Source: an uncultured Clostridia bacterium (GTDB lineage: Bacteria; Bacillota; Clostridia; Monoglobales; Monoglobaceae). From it: DNA of 64,000 nucleotides. The translations under genes were made by a program, and so were the position numbers. The notes under the pieces were generated by a model. That model had not been told where the DNA came from, did no database searches, and saw only the letters and a list, made by a program, of their open reading frames with translations. Shown one piece after another: positions 35,245-45,875 of this stretch. The stretch lies in assembly GCA_934463175.1 (NCBI GenBank), contig CAKSIW010000002.1:11127-75126 (forward strand), in the 5' to 3' direction. Each line of letters begins with the position of its first letter. Position 1 is the first letter of the stretch.

Positions 35245-35740
35245 CCTTATCAGCGTATATAAATTTTGCTGCTTTGCCCGCAAAAAGATAAACAACCGGT
35301 GCCGCCGCCGCATTATACAGCAGCTCCGGCAAAATCGTATTTTTCAGAGTATACCAAAAATCAGCATTTTTTATAATCATCATAAAAGCCGCCGCATAAT
35401 ATGCAGACTCATAAAGCAGCGTCATGACAGCAGCCGTGAGCATTATAATCAGAACATTGCTTGTTCTGAAAACTCTTTCGCACAGGTATGCGGTGAAAAA
35501 TCCTGTCAGCATTCCGAGAACCGTGTTCATTCCCAGCAGTCTTCCCGTGATTATATCAAGAAAAAAGCCGAACACCGCACCGATTACCGCGCCCTCTCCC
35601 TTGCTGCAAAAGAAGCACACAATCACCGTATACACCAAAAACAGGTTCGGCTTCACACCGAATATCTGTGCGGCATTGAGCCATGTTGCCTGCAACACCG
35701 AAAACAGCAATAAAAATATGCCGTGCACCGTAATCTTCAC
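35228..35740 (-). CDS. mreD: rod shape-determining protein MreD
   Basis: 170-aa five-TM protein directly downstream of mreC. GTG start after GGAG. Confidence 0.8.
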   Translation of the reverse strand: MKITVHGIFLLLFSVLQATWLNAAQIFGVKPNLFLVYTVIVCFFCSKGEGAVIGAVFGFFLDIITGRLLGMNTVLGMLTGFFTAYLCERVFRTSNVLIIMLTAAVMTLLYESAYYAAAFMMIIKNADFWYTLKNTILPELLYNAAAAPVVYLFAGKAAKFIYADKGEGVG

Positions 35741-35770
35741 GCGTTCTCCAGTCCTTTCTGCGTTTCTGCG

Positions 35771-35834
35771 TTAACCCGGATATTAGTTATCCGGCCATGC
35801 CTTAACCGGCGTAACCTCGGATAACTAACATCAG
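35771..35834 (-). repeat. intergenic palindromic element, copy B (between mreC and mreD)
   Basis: The minus-strand reading starts 1 nt after the mreC stop: CTGATGTTAGTTATCCGAGGTTACGCCGGTTAAGGCATGGCCGGATAACTAATATCCGGGTTAA. It has an 11-bp perfect stem TTAGTTATCCG/CGGATAACTAA. Confidence 0.6.
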
Positions 35835-35835
35835 A

Positions 35836-36684
35836 TTAATCCTCAAATGTATTCTTCACAATCAGCACCTGTTTCAAATCATCAATATCGGTTTCGGGCT
35901 TAATCAGTGCATACTGTGAAATTCCCTGTATGTCGGGTCGTATTTCTGTCACCTTGCCGATGAGAAGTCCTTTCGGATAGATTCCGCCCATTCCCGATGT
36001 TATGACCGTGTCGCCGACAACAATGTCGGAATTTTTCGACACAAAGGACAGCTTGCAGCAGCCCTGTGCCTCAAGAGTGCTGTCGCCCTCGATGATTCCC
36101 AGATCACCCGACCGCAGAATTTCCGCGCCCGCACCGTGTTCGGGGTCTGTCACCGTTGTTATCTCCGCCCATGTTGTGCCAACATTGCTTATTCTGCCGA
36201 CAAGAGACTTTCCTTTTGAAATGACAGGCTGATTCAGCGCAATGCCGTCCGCCGTCCCCTTGTCAACAGTGATTGTGCTGTACCAATTTGAAGGACTCCG
36301 CGCGATTATCTCTGCCGCCTCGGTCTCCAGCTGAGGATTCGCCTCACGCAGTGCAAGCAGCCTGCGCAGCTCCTCGTTCTCGCTTTTTGCAAGCTCATTT
36401 TCCCGAACCGAGTTTTCAAGCTCGGCTTTTTCGTCCTTCAGACGGCTGTTTTCTTCTCTCAGCTTGTCAATATCCGAAAAATATCCGAAAAACTCCGTGA
36501 CTCCTCCGCCAATTCTCGTGAACATCTTCTGAATCGGCGTCAGAACAACCTCCGCAACGTTCTCAAAAAACATTGCACCGCCCCCGGACGCGTTCAGAAA
36601 GCCCATGACACCGCCAATGACAACCACTGCCGCTATTAAAATGAAAACACATCTGTTTCTAAAAAGCTTTTTCAAAAGATGCAT
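35836..36684 (-). CDS. mreC: rod shape-determining protein MreC
   Basis: N-terminal TM helix, coiled coil (ENSRLKDEKAELEN), beta-barrel C-terminal domain. Confidence 0.9.
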   Translation of the reverse strand: MHLLKKLFRNRCVFILIAAVVVIGGVMGFLNASGGGAMFFENVAEVVLTPIQKMFTRIGGGVTEFFGYFSDIDKLREENSRLKDEKAELENSVRENELAKSENEELRRLLALREANPQLETEAAEIIARSPSNWYSTITVDKGTADGIALNQPVISKGKSLVGRISNVGTTWAEITTVTDPEHGAGAEILRSGDLGIIEGDSTLEAQGCCKLSFVSKNSDIVVGDTVITSGMGGIYPKGLLIGKVTEIRPDIQGISQYALIKPETDIDDLKQVLIVKNTFED

Positions 36685-36696
36685 CCTCCCTCAAAA

Positions 36697-37695
36697 TTAT
36701 CCTGAAATCAATATGCTGCGCAGTGTCTTGATTTCCTCAAGCGACTTTCCTGCGCCGATTGCAACGCACTCAAGCGGCGTTTCCGTTATATAAATCGGAA
36801 TTTCCGTGTGAGCATTGATGAGTTTGCCGAGTCCCTTCATTGTTGAAACTCCGCCCGTCAGAACGATTCCCGACTCAAAAATATCCGCCGCAAGCTCAGG
36901 CGGTGTTTTTTCAAGAACCGCCTTGATTCCGTCAATGATTGCCGCAAGACTCTCGCGGAATGCTTCACGGATTTCAACAGAATCAACCGTAACATTCTTC
37001 GGCAGACCCGAAACCAAATCTCTGCCGTTTGCAACCGTTGTTATTTCCTCCTTCAGCGTGCAGGCTGAGGCGATTTCCTTCTTTATCTGCTCCGCAGTTA
37101 TGCTGCCGATAATCAGGTTATGTTTTTTCTTCATGTGCTGAATTATGTCATTATCGAACGTGCTTCCCGCAACCTTCAGGCTTTGCGAGGTCACAACGCC
37201 GCCGAGAGATATGACCGCAATTTCGGTCGTGCCTCCGCCAATATCCACAATCATCGAACCGACAGGCTCGCTGACCGCAATTCCTGCGCCGATTGCTGCC
37301 GCCATTGATTTCTCAATCAGATAGACCTCTTTTGCGCCTGCGGCAAGCGTTGCGTCACGGACAGCGCGTTTTTCAACGTCTGTTATGTGTGCAGGTATGC
37401 ACACAACCGCCTTGGGCTTGAAGATTGAGCCTGAAACCGCCTTTTTTATGAATGCACGGAGCAGAGCAACCGTTATGTCAAAGTTTGCAATGACGCCCTC
37501 CTTTATCGGAGAAATTGCCCGTATGTCGGCAGGCGTTCTGCCAAGCATATCCCCTGCACTTTTTCCGAGTGCAAGTATTTTTCCCGTCTGTTCGCTGATT
37601 GCCGCCACAGTCGGCTCATTCACAACGATGCCCTTTCCTCTGACATAAACAATTGTGTTTGATGTCCCCAAATCAATTCCGATTTCGTTTGCCAT
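36697..37695 (-). CDS. mreB: rod shape-determining protein MreB
   Basis: Actin-like ATPase motifs IGIDLGTSNT and DIGGGTTE. I prefer ATG 37695 (MANEIGIDLG); the ORF opens at GTG 37722. Confidence 0.95.
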   Translation of the reverse strand: MANEIGIDLGTSNTIVYVRGKGIVVNEPTVAAISEQTGKILALGKSAGDMLGRTPADIRAISPIKEGVIANFDITVALLRAFIKKAVSGSIFKPKAVVCIPAHITDVEKRAVRDATLAAGAKEVYLIEKSMAAAIGAGIAVSEPVGSMIVDIGGGTTEIAVISLGGVVTSQSLKVAGSTFDNDIIQHMKKKHNLIIGSITAEQIKKEIASACTLKEEITTVANGRDLVSGLPKNVTVDSVEIREAFRESLAAIIDGIKAVLEKTPPELAADIFESGIVLTGGVSTMKGLGKLINAHTEIPIYITETPLECVAIGAGKSLEEIKTLRSILISG

Positions 37696-37777
37696 AATAA
37701 CTTTCGCAGCCTTTCTGCCCACAAAGCATTGTCAAATGTATTCCTCACCTGCCGTGGGTCGTGCAGGAGGGATTCAA

Positions 37778-38013
37778 GCACACGGGAGTCGAACACAATA
37801 TGGTTTAAACAGGCAAATTTGTGAAAATACTGTGTTTTTGCCTTGTCTTTAACACAAAATTGCTCTGCTTAAACTCTCCGACCCTGTATGCAAAAAAATT
37901 ATTATATTTTTGTTTCCGGAGGACGAAGCAAGGCTTGCGCCTTGCAAGGACAACGGTTCAAAAAGATGGTGATTTTTTAATTACAGGGCATATCGGGTTT
38001 GGCTCCCGTGTGC
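37778..38013 (-). ncRNA. candidate structured RNA / palindromic insertion between maf and mreB
   Basis: 11-bp closing inverted repeat (37778-88 / 38003-13), a second helix (37796-802 / 37989-95), an inner domain closed by 37882-88 / 37982-88 plus an A6:U6 helix, and a GCAAGGC-GCAA-GCCTTGC hairpin (37928-45). No ORF with an RBS, no promoter. Confidence 0.3.
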
Positions 38014-38047
38014 CTATGCAAGACCGTTTTTTCGGTCTCACCTATCC

Positions 38048-38638
38048 TCAGTTTAAAATTTTCATTCCATATTCCGACTTCAGCACCTCACAAAGCCTGC
38101 AAAGCGGAAGCCCGACAACATTGAAATAATCGCCGTGTATTTCCTTCACAAAAACCGAACCGAGACCCTGAATGCCATATGCGCCTGCCTTGTCCATGGG
38201 TTCACTCGAGGCAATGTATGCGCGTATTTCATCATCTGATAAATCCCTGAAAACAACGTCTGTTTTTTCAAAAAAACGTGTTTCCTTTCCTGCCTTCAAA
38301 TCCTTAACGCAGACCCCCGTATATACCGAGTGAGCCGTGCCTCCGAGAGCGGTGAGGATTCCGAATGCGTCCGCCTCGTCCTTCGGTTTCCCGATTACCG
38401 CACCGTTTTGCGACACAACGGTGTCTGCGGCAATCACCAGTGCGTCAGTCCCTTGCGGTATGCGCAATGCAACGTTTTCACATTTTTCGGCAGCAAGCAT
38501 AACAACCGCTTCCTCGGGAGATTTCGCACCTTCCGCATTCTCGGGTGTGTTGTCAGCAAGCACCTCAAATTCAATCTTCAGCATTTTAAGCAGCTCACGC
38601 CGTCTTGGCGACGCGGAAGCCAAAATAATTTTTCTCAT
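38048..38638 (-). CDS. maf: Maf-family nucleoside triphosphate pyrophosphatase
   Basis: ILASASPRRRELL...DTVV...KAGAYGIQG. ATG 38638 follows GGAGGAAGGC; the upstream part of the ORF overlaps the preceding gene. Confidence 0.9.
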   Translation of the reverse strand: MRKIILASASPRRRELLKMLKIEFEVLADNTPENAEGAKSPEEAVVMLAAEKCENVALRIPQGTDALVIAADTVVSQNGAVIGKPKDEADAFGILTALGGTAHSVYTGVCVKDLKAGKETRFFEKTDVVFRDLSDDEIRAYIASSEPMDKAGAYGIQGLGSVFVKEIHGDYFNVVGLPLCRLCEVLKSEYGMKILN

Positions 38639-39156
38639 GCCTTCCTCCGATATATCTTCATTATTCTGCCGCACAGCAGCTTTGCCGCATATCCCGTTGC
38701 CGAACCGCAAATCACCGCAATCACAAGCAGCGACGGGAGATAGGAAAGAGCATATGCCGAGTTCAGAACCGCACATGCAACAAGCAACTGCGCCGCGTTA
38801 TGAGCCGCCGCGCCGAGCACACCCTCGCCGATCATACTGACGGCAGGACTGAAATGCCTTCTGCAAAGCCACATGGCACAGACTGCCGCCGCCGCGCCCG
38901 AAACGCTGTATGGCACAGCACCTGCACCGCCTGTTATCAATGCACCGATGAATGCACGGCAAAGCGCAATCAGCATTGTGCAGCCTCCGCCGAACAGTGA
39001 CAAATTTATCATCGAAACAATGTTGGCAAGTCCGAGCTTGCCGCCCGGAATGGGCAAAACCGCAAACTGCGATTCTATGTATTGAAGCACAAGACCGCAC
39101 GAAACCGAAACCGCCATTGTGCATATTTCAAAGCTTGTATATTTTTTCTTCATCAA
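38635..39156 (-). CDS. Gx transporter family membrane protein (Hpre_diP_synt_I-like)
   Basis: 173-aa multi-TM protein with the GGKLGLANIV motif. Paired with a NusG-domain-II gene, as is typical. Confidence 0.7.
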   Translation of the reverse strand: MMKKKYTSFEICTMAVSVSCGLVLQYIESQFAVLPIPGGKLGLANIVSMINLSLFGGGCTMLIALCRAFIGALITGGAGAVPYSVSGAAAAVCAMWLCRRHFSPAVSMIGEGVLGAAAHNAAQLLVACAVLNSAYALSYLPSLLVIAVICGSATGYAAKLLCGRIMKIYRRKA

Positions 39157-39527
39157 TATGTCACCCTGTCAACCGCGCTCTCACCGCCCGAAATTCTGAG
39201 CGTGAACCTGTTCGGCGCACAAATAATCACCTGTCCCGCTTTTGTCACTGCGCCGCACTTCACGTCATATTTATCACGGCACGATGCTTCAATCACCCGT
39301 GCGCCGTTCTTTGTCAGCTCAACCGTGTTTGTGCCGAACCGCGTTTTCACCTCAACCGTCTCGGTTTTTCTGATGTCAGAAAGCCTGTAGGCTGCATATT
39401 CCTGTCCGTCAACGCATATGACCGCATATTCCGCAGAATCGCTCCACGAAAGTGCGCCGACAGCCGCATAGATCACCGCCGCCACAGCAAGCACACAGAC
39501 AATCACCAGCTTGTCGCCGCGCGTCAT
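39153..39527 (-). CDS. NusG domain II-containing protein (DUF1312)
   Basis: N-terminal TM anchor then a small beta domain (...VELTKNGARVIEASCRDKYDVKCGAV...). Overlaps its neighbours by 4 nt. Confidence 0.65.
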   Translation of the reverse strand: MTRGDKLVIVCVLAVAAVIYAAVGALSWSDSAEYAVICVDGQEYAAYRLSDIRKTETVEVKTRFGTNTVELTKNGARVIEASCRDKYDVKCGAVTKAGQVIICAPNRFTLRISGGESAVDRVTY

Positions 39528-39961
39528 TTGCCTGTTGAGCCGAAGCCCCTTGAGCCGCGCATGGTTTCTTCAAGGCTGTCAACAATGACAAGGTTTGCCG
39601 CCTCAACGGGTACAAATATCACCTGAGCGATTCTGTCGCCCGTCTTCACAGTGTAATCCTCGTCCGAAATGTTTTGCAGCAGAACCTTCACCTCGCCCGT
39701 ATAGTCGGAGTCAATAATCCCCGGAGCGTTGCAGACGATGATTCCCTTTTTTGCCGCAAGACCTCCGCGCGAGCAGATTATACCGCCATATCCCTTGGGA
39801 ATCTGCATGGCAATTCCCGTTGAGACCAGCGCACGCTCACCTGCACGCAGCACAAACGATGTTCCGATTGCAGCCGACAAATCCATACCGCAGCTGCCTC
39901 TGGTTGCATATTCGGGTCTGCTTATTTTATCCGAAAGATATTTCAGTTTCACGTTTATCAT
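39524..39961 (-). CDS. dut: dUTP diphosphatase
   Basis: Motifs ATRGSCGMDL, GIIDSDYTGEV, RGSRGFGSTG. Confidence 0.95.
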   Translation of the reverse strand: MINVKLKYLSDKISRPEYATRGSCGMDLSAAIGTSFVLRAGERALVSTGIAMQIPKGYGGIICSRGGLAAKKGIIVCNAPGIIDSDYTGEVKVLLQNISDEDYTVKTGDRIAQVIFVPVEAANLVIVDSLEETMRGSRGFGSTGK

Positions 39962-39963
39962 GC

Positions 39964-42051
39964 CTACATCACTCCTTTATAAAAATGTGCGCCCGTGAAG
40001 TCCTCGGGACAATAGCCTGTTTTTTTCATGAATGCGTCACAAACTCTTTTGCATTCATCAGCACTCTCATCAGTAAAATATAACCTGAAAAATGTTACAC
40101 CCGCATTTGAAAGCGCGTCCAAATCGCGCGCCGCAAAGGTCTTTTTGCAATTCAGCACAATACTTCTGCATGAAGCACCGTCCGAAATCACCGGAAAGGT
40201 CATTCCCATTCTGTCGGTTATTTTTCCTCCCTTTCCTCCGCACGGACATGTGCCGGCATTGCGCACAACACAGTTTTCCGTCAGCATAAGCGGAAGTCTG
40301 CCGTATGCCATGACCTGTACGGGTATGCTCTTTTTCAGCTCTCTTATCTGTTTCAGAGTCAGCTCAGGCGACAGCTCCGCCGTCCTCACTCCCTGTTTTT
40401 TCAGCCACATAAGCGAACGGCTGTTGAAAATGTTCAGCCGAAAACCGCCGTATATCTTTTCGGGCGAAAATTCGCTCAATGCCGAAATGTTCATCGCGGC
40501 AAGTGCGCGATATCCGTCCTCCAGAAGCATGCGCACCTGCTCTACGGTTTTTCCGCATTCATTTTCGGGAATGACCGACGGCATGACAATGACTGTTTTT
40601 TCCTTGATTCTGTCAGTCAGTCCGCGGTCGCCGAGAATCAAATGCAGCGGAACATAAAAAAGCTCAAACGGCAGATCCCTGAGTGCCGCAAGCTGTGAGG
40701 CATTCGTCACCTCGCAGACAAAGTGCCGTCCGTCAGCCTCATTGTCATACGGCTCATCGGGAACTGTGCAAAAAGCCGCTGTGCGCTTATACGAACGCGT
40801 GATTTCTTTCTCAAGCATATCAAGCGCACCTCTCCGCACCGCATTCAAATCACTTGCGGACATATGCGGCGCACCCTCAATGTCAACCGAAAGATTTTTA
40901 ATCTCAAACGGCGTTCCTCCCGTTTTTCCGATGTTCTTTGCCGCATTATCCTCTGTCAGCGGTGCGCTTTGCGCGTGTTCCGCCTTTTTTTCATATATAT
41001 ATTCAATCCGACAGCCGCCGCCCTGCATTTCAAGCCTTGGGTATTCGCCCTCATGCACCGTCAGCCGGCATGTCAAAGGTGTTTTCCTGTTTTCTGTTTT
41101 CAGACCTCTCTGAATTTCCTTCACAAGGTCTGTTTCATTTTTTCTGTATGGGTTGTCGGGTTTATTGAATGCAAACATATTCTTCCCCGTTTTGCCCGTA
41201 ATATATCCGTCCGTCAGACCGCCTCTGTTGAAAATGCTGTCCAGCAGACGAATGTCGTCCTCCGACACACTCTGCGGCGCGTCGAGATATTTTCTGTATA
41301 CGCTCACCACCGCCGCGACATATGCCGCACCCTTCATTCTGCCCTCGATTTTCAGCGATGTCACACCTGCATCGGCAAGTGCGCCGAGATTTTTCAACGT
41401 GCACAAATCCTTCAGGCTCAGATAAAACGCCTTTTTTCCTCCATTTGAGGAATATGGCAGTCTGCACGGCTGCGCACATTTTCCGCGGTTGCCCGATCTG
41501 CCGCCGATTATGCTGCTCATCAGGCACTGACCGGAATAGCTCATGCACAATGCGCCGTGAGCAAAAACCTCAAGCTCCATGCCGCAGTTTTCGGATATTT
41601 TCCGAATGCTCTCAAGCGAAAGCTCACGCGAAAGCACTGCACGGCGAATCCCGAGTCTCGTCAAAGCATTCACGCCGTCGGAATTGTGAATCGTCATCTG
41701 TGTGCTTGCATGAACGGGCAGGTCAGGCACCGCAAGCTGTGCAAGCTCCGCAGCCGCAATATCCTGGACAATGACCGCGTCCGTGCCGATTTTGTTCAGA
41801 AATTCAAGATATTTCAAAACCTCATCAAGCTCCGAATCCGCAATGAGGGTGTTCACCGTGACATGCATACGAACACCGCGAAGATGGCAATAGTCCGCCG
41901 CAGCCTCCAGTTCCGCACGGTCGAAATTGTCGGCATAGCTCCTTGCGCCGAAGCTTTTACCCGAAAGATAAACCGCGTCCGCACCGCTTTGAACAGCAGC
42001 AATCAGACATTCACGGTTTCCGGCAGGTGCAAGCAATTCCATTTTTCGCAT
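39964..42051 (-). CDS. U32-family peptidase (long, two-module form)
   Basis: MELLAPAGN...AVQSGADAVYLSG N-terminus and E..HGALCMSYSGQCLMS motif. I prefer ATG 42051, which follows GGAG by 7 nt. Confidence 0.85.
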   Translation of the reverse strand: MRKMELLAPAGNRECLIAAVQSGADAVYLSGKSFGARSYADNFDRAELEAAADYCHLRGVRMHVTVNTLIADSELDEVLKYLEFLNKIGTDAVIVQDIAAAELAQLAVPDLPVHASTQMTIHNSDGVNALTRLGIRRAVLSRELSLESIRKISENCGMELEVFAHGALCMSYSGQCLMSSIIGGRSGNRGKCAQPCRLPYSSNGGKKAFYLSLKDLCTLKNLGALADAGVTSLKIEGRMKGAAYVAAVVSVYRKYLDAPQSVSEDDIRLLDSIFNRGGLTDGYITGKTGKNMFAFNKPDNPYRKNETDLVKEIQRGLKTENRKTPLTCRLTVHEGEYPRLEMQGGGCRIEYIYEKKAEHAQSAPLTEDNAAKNIGKTGGTPFEIKNLSVDIEGAPHMSASDLNAVRRGALDMLEKEITRSYKRTAAFCTVPDEPYDNEADGRHFVCEVTNASQLAALRDLPFELFYVPLHLILGDRGLTDRIKEKTVIVMPSVIPENECGKTVEQVRMLLEDGYRALAAMNISALSEFSPEKIYGGFRLNIFNSRSLMWLKKQGVRTAELSPELTLKQIRELKKSIPVQVMAYGRLPLMLTENCVVRNAGTCPCGGKGGKITDRMGMTFPVISDGASCRSIVLNCKKTFAARDLDALSNAGVTFFRLYFTDESADECKRVCDAFMKKTGYCPEDFTGAHFYKGVM

Positions 42052-42129
42052 GAATTCTCCAATCCTTAGCCTCAAAAACGCTCCAACTCCGATTCTGAAA
42101 GGCGGATTTCCGCTTTCGGCTAAATCAGT

Positions 42130-42489
42130 TTATTTGTCAGAATGCTTTGCAAGCTCGATTTTGAGCCGCTGCACTTCCTTCACAAGCTCTTCCGTCCGTT
42201 TTTCCGCCTCGTCAAGCTTTGTTTTCATTTGCTTTTCGCTCTTGGAATAATCGGCAACCTGTTTTCTGAGATTGTCCGTTCCGTCCTCCAGCTTCAGATA
42301 GTCGTCCGAAAGGTTGATTGATGTCAGCATTGCAAGCATTGCAGTGCTCAGGTGCGGATTGTGTTCGTTTATCTCCGCCATTTTTTTGTCAACAAGTATT
42401 GCAACTCTCTGCACATACTCCGGCTCCTCGGGTGTCACAAGTGTATAGTCCGTGCTGTTGATTCTCACAACAACCTTATTCTTTTCCAT
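42130..42489 (-). CDS. zapA: cell division protein ZapA
   Basis: VVVRINSTDYTLVTPEEPEYVQRVA... followed by a C-terminal coiled coil. The ATG follows GGGGGA. Confidence 0.8.
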   Translation of the reverse strand: MEKNKVVVRINSTDYTLVTPEEPEYVQRVAILVDKKMAEINEHNPHLSTAMLAMLTSINLSDDYLKLEDGTDNLRKQVADYSKSEKQMKTKLDEAEKRTEELVKEVQRLKIELAKHSDK

Positions 42490-42512
42490 AGAAAATCCCC
42501 CCAAAGCTAAAA

Positions 42513-43052
42513 TTACCGCTTTTTCATCACTTCAAGACCCTTAAAGAAAGCCATAACGGTTTTTGCGTCATTAATTTCATTATTCATAATCATTTTTTTC
42601 ACTTCGTCAATTTCAAACAGCTCAATATCCAGATATTCGTCCTCATCGGGGTGAATTTCTCCGCGGTAAAGCCCTGTTGCAAGAAAAAGATATGTGACCT
42701 CATTCGCAAAGCCCGGCGAGGGATACATATGACCGAGAGGAACAAAGCTCTCTGCCTTCATTCCCGTCTCCTCCTCCAGCTCGCGCATTCCGCACACAAG
42801 CGGTTCTTCTTCTCCGTCAAGCTTGCCTGCCGGAATTTCATAGATTGCCTTTTCAATCGGCTTTCTGAACTGCTTCACCATTATAATTTTATTATCCTCT
42901 GTGACTGCCAGAACACCGACGCCGCCCGGGTGGTCAACAATGTCCCTGTATGCCGTCTTTCCGTCGGGCATCAGAACCGTGTCAACCCTGACGTTTATGA
43001 TATGTCCTTCAAAAACACGTTCCGACGATGCGGTTTTCTCTTCAAATACCAT
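42513..43052 (-). CDS. NUDIX hydrolase (ADP-ribose pyrophosphatase-like)
   Basis: Nudix box GKLDGEEEPLVCGMRELEEETG. Confidence 0.85.
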   Translation of the reverse strand: MVFEEKTASSERVFEGHIINVRVDTVLMPDGKTAYRDIVDHPGGVGVLAVTEDNKIIMVKQFRKPIEKAIYEIPAGKLDGEEEPLVCGMRELEEETGMKAESFVPLGHMYPSPGFANEVTYLFLATGLYRGEIHPDEDEYLDIELFEIDEVKKMIMNNEINDAKTVMAFFKGLEVMKKR

Positions 43053-43083
43053 TCAAAAATCCTCCGTTCCAAGGCACTCAATG

Positions 43084-43124
43084 CAAAAAATCACACAGAC
43101 GGGCAGAAAAATTGTCTGCCCGTC
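43084..43124 (-). terminator. intrinsic terminator of gdhA
   Basis: Minus strand GACGGGCAGA-caauuuu-UCUGCCCGUC followed by UGUGUGAUUUUUUG. Confidence 0.6.
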
Positions 43125-43162
43125 CGATTTTCATTGATATATTCAAGCTGTCAGGCAGCAGG

Positions 43163-44521
<1,359 letters not shown>

Positions 44522-44549
44522 CTAAAGTTTATTAACCTATCCACCGCTT

Positions 44550-44578
44550 ATTATACCACACTATTTTTTTCTATGCAA
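44550..44578 (-). promoter_or_regulatory. sigma-A promoter of gdhA
   Basis: Minus strand TTGCAT-agaaaaaaatagtgtgg(17)-TATAAT. The architecture closely parallels the tRNA-Arg promoter. Confidence 0.55.
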
Positions 44579-44627
44579 GATTTTTTTGCTAAGTTAGGCG
44601 ATTTTTTTCACATTCGCCCGTTGTCAG

Positions 44628-45875
44628 CTATCGGGCTGTGCAGCTGCGCCCCGCAAGTCTGCCCGTTGAAAAGGCAATCTGAAGATTATATCCGCCCGTA
44701 TATGCGTCAACATCAATCACCTCACCCGCAAAAAACAGTCCGCCAACCTTCTTTGACTGCATTGTTGACGGGTCAATATCCCTGACCGAAACACCGCCCG
44801 ATGTGATTATTGCCTGTTCAATCGGACAGAAATCCGTCACCGTCAGCTCCACATGCTTAATTGCACGGACAAGCGCGGCGCGCTCTGCGCGCGTCACCGA
44901 ATTGACCTTTTTGTGCGGCTCAATTTCCGACAGCGCACACACCGTATCAATCAATGCCGAGGGAAGCAAATCACCGAGAGCGTTTCTGAAATCCTTGTTT
45001 GTGTATTTCTCAAAATCCCTCAGAATCCGCTTATCAAGCGTTTTGTCATCAAGAGCCGGCTTGAGATCAAGCACAATCCTATATTTCCCCTCCGCCATCG
45101 GACGCATATGCGCCGACGCGCTGAGTATCACAGGTCCCGTCAGACCGAAATGCGCAAACATCATTTCGCCGAAATCCTCATACACCTTTTTTCCTTTTTC
45201 GTTCAGAACCGTAATTGCAATGTTTCTGAGAGACAGTCCCATAAGTCCGTATGCCCATTGCTCACGAACCTTAACCGGCACCAGAGACGGCTTTGGTTCA
45301 ATCACGGTGTGTCCAAGTTCCTCCGCCCACACATATCCGTCGCCTGTTGAGCCTGTTGTGCTGTAGGAAAGACCGCCCGTTGCGACAATCACCGATTTTG
45401 CGGAAAGCTTTTCGCCGCTGCCGAGCTGAACACCGCACACCGCGCCGTCCGCAGTCAGAATTTTCTTCGCCTCGCCCTTCACAATCCGCACGCCGTTTGA
45501 TTTCATATACCGTGCAAGCGCATCGGCAATATCCGAGCTTTTGTCGGACACGGGAAACACCCGTCCGCCGCGTTCTGTCTTTGTTTCAACTCCGAGACTG
45601 CCGAAAAAATCTATTGTGTCGAGATTGGTGAAGCCATAGAACGCGCTGTATAAAAACGAGCTGTTCACAGTCACATTTCCGATCAGTTCCTCCGTGTCCT
45701 CACAGGCGTTTGTGACATTGCAGCGTCCCTTGCCCGTTATCAGGAGCTTTTTCCCGAGAATCCTGTTTTTTTCAATCAGAGCAACACGTGCGCCGCCTTC
45801 CGCGGCAGTGCCTGCCGCCATCATGCCTGCCGCACCGCCGCCGATTACAATGACATCAAAGCTGCTCTCTCTCAT
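44628..45875 (-). CDS. HI0933/BaiN-like NAD(P)/FAD-dependent oxidoreductase
   Basis: N-terminal DVIVIGGGAAGMMAA dinucleotide fold and C-terminal GGLFFAGEVIDVDAYTGGYNLQ. Confidence 0.85.
   Translation of the reverse strand: MRESSFDVIVIGGGAAGMMAAGTAAEGGARVALIEKNRILGKKLLITGKGRCNVTNACEDTEELIGNVTVNSSFLYSAFYGFTNLDTIDFFGSLGVETKTERGGRVFPVSDKSSDIADALARYMKSNGVRIVKGEAKKILTADGAVCGVQLGSGEKLSAKSVIVATGGLSYSTTGSTGDGYVWAEELGHTVIEPKPSLVPVKVREQWAYGLMGLSLRNIAITVLNEKGKKVYEDFGEMMFAHFGLTGPVILSASAHMRPMAEGKYRIVLDLKPALDDKTLDKRILRDFEKYTNKDFRNALGDLLPSALIDTVCALSEIEPHKKVNSVTRAERAALVRAIKHVELTVTDFCPIEQAIITSGGVSVRDIDPSTMQSKKVGGLFFAGEVIDVDAYTGGYNLQIAFSTGRLAGRSCTAR

Noticed and set aside
37785-37800. tRNA/tmRNA-like T-arm sequence (minus strand GTTCGACTCCCGTGTGC)
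   Set aside because: There is no complementary 5' T-stem immediately upstream, no acceptor stem and no CCA context. The segment is better explained as the 3' arm of the long-range inverted repeat in the maf-mreB element.
37821-38129. 102-aa plus-strand ORF in the maf-mreB spacer
   Set aside because: It has no RBS, runs antisense into the 3' end of maf, and its product has no recognisable features. The region is treated as non-coding.
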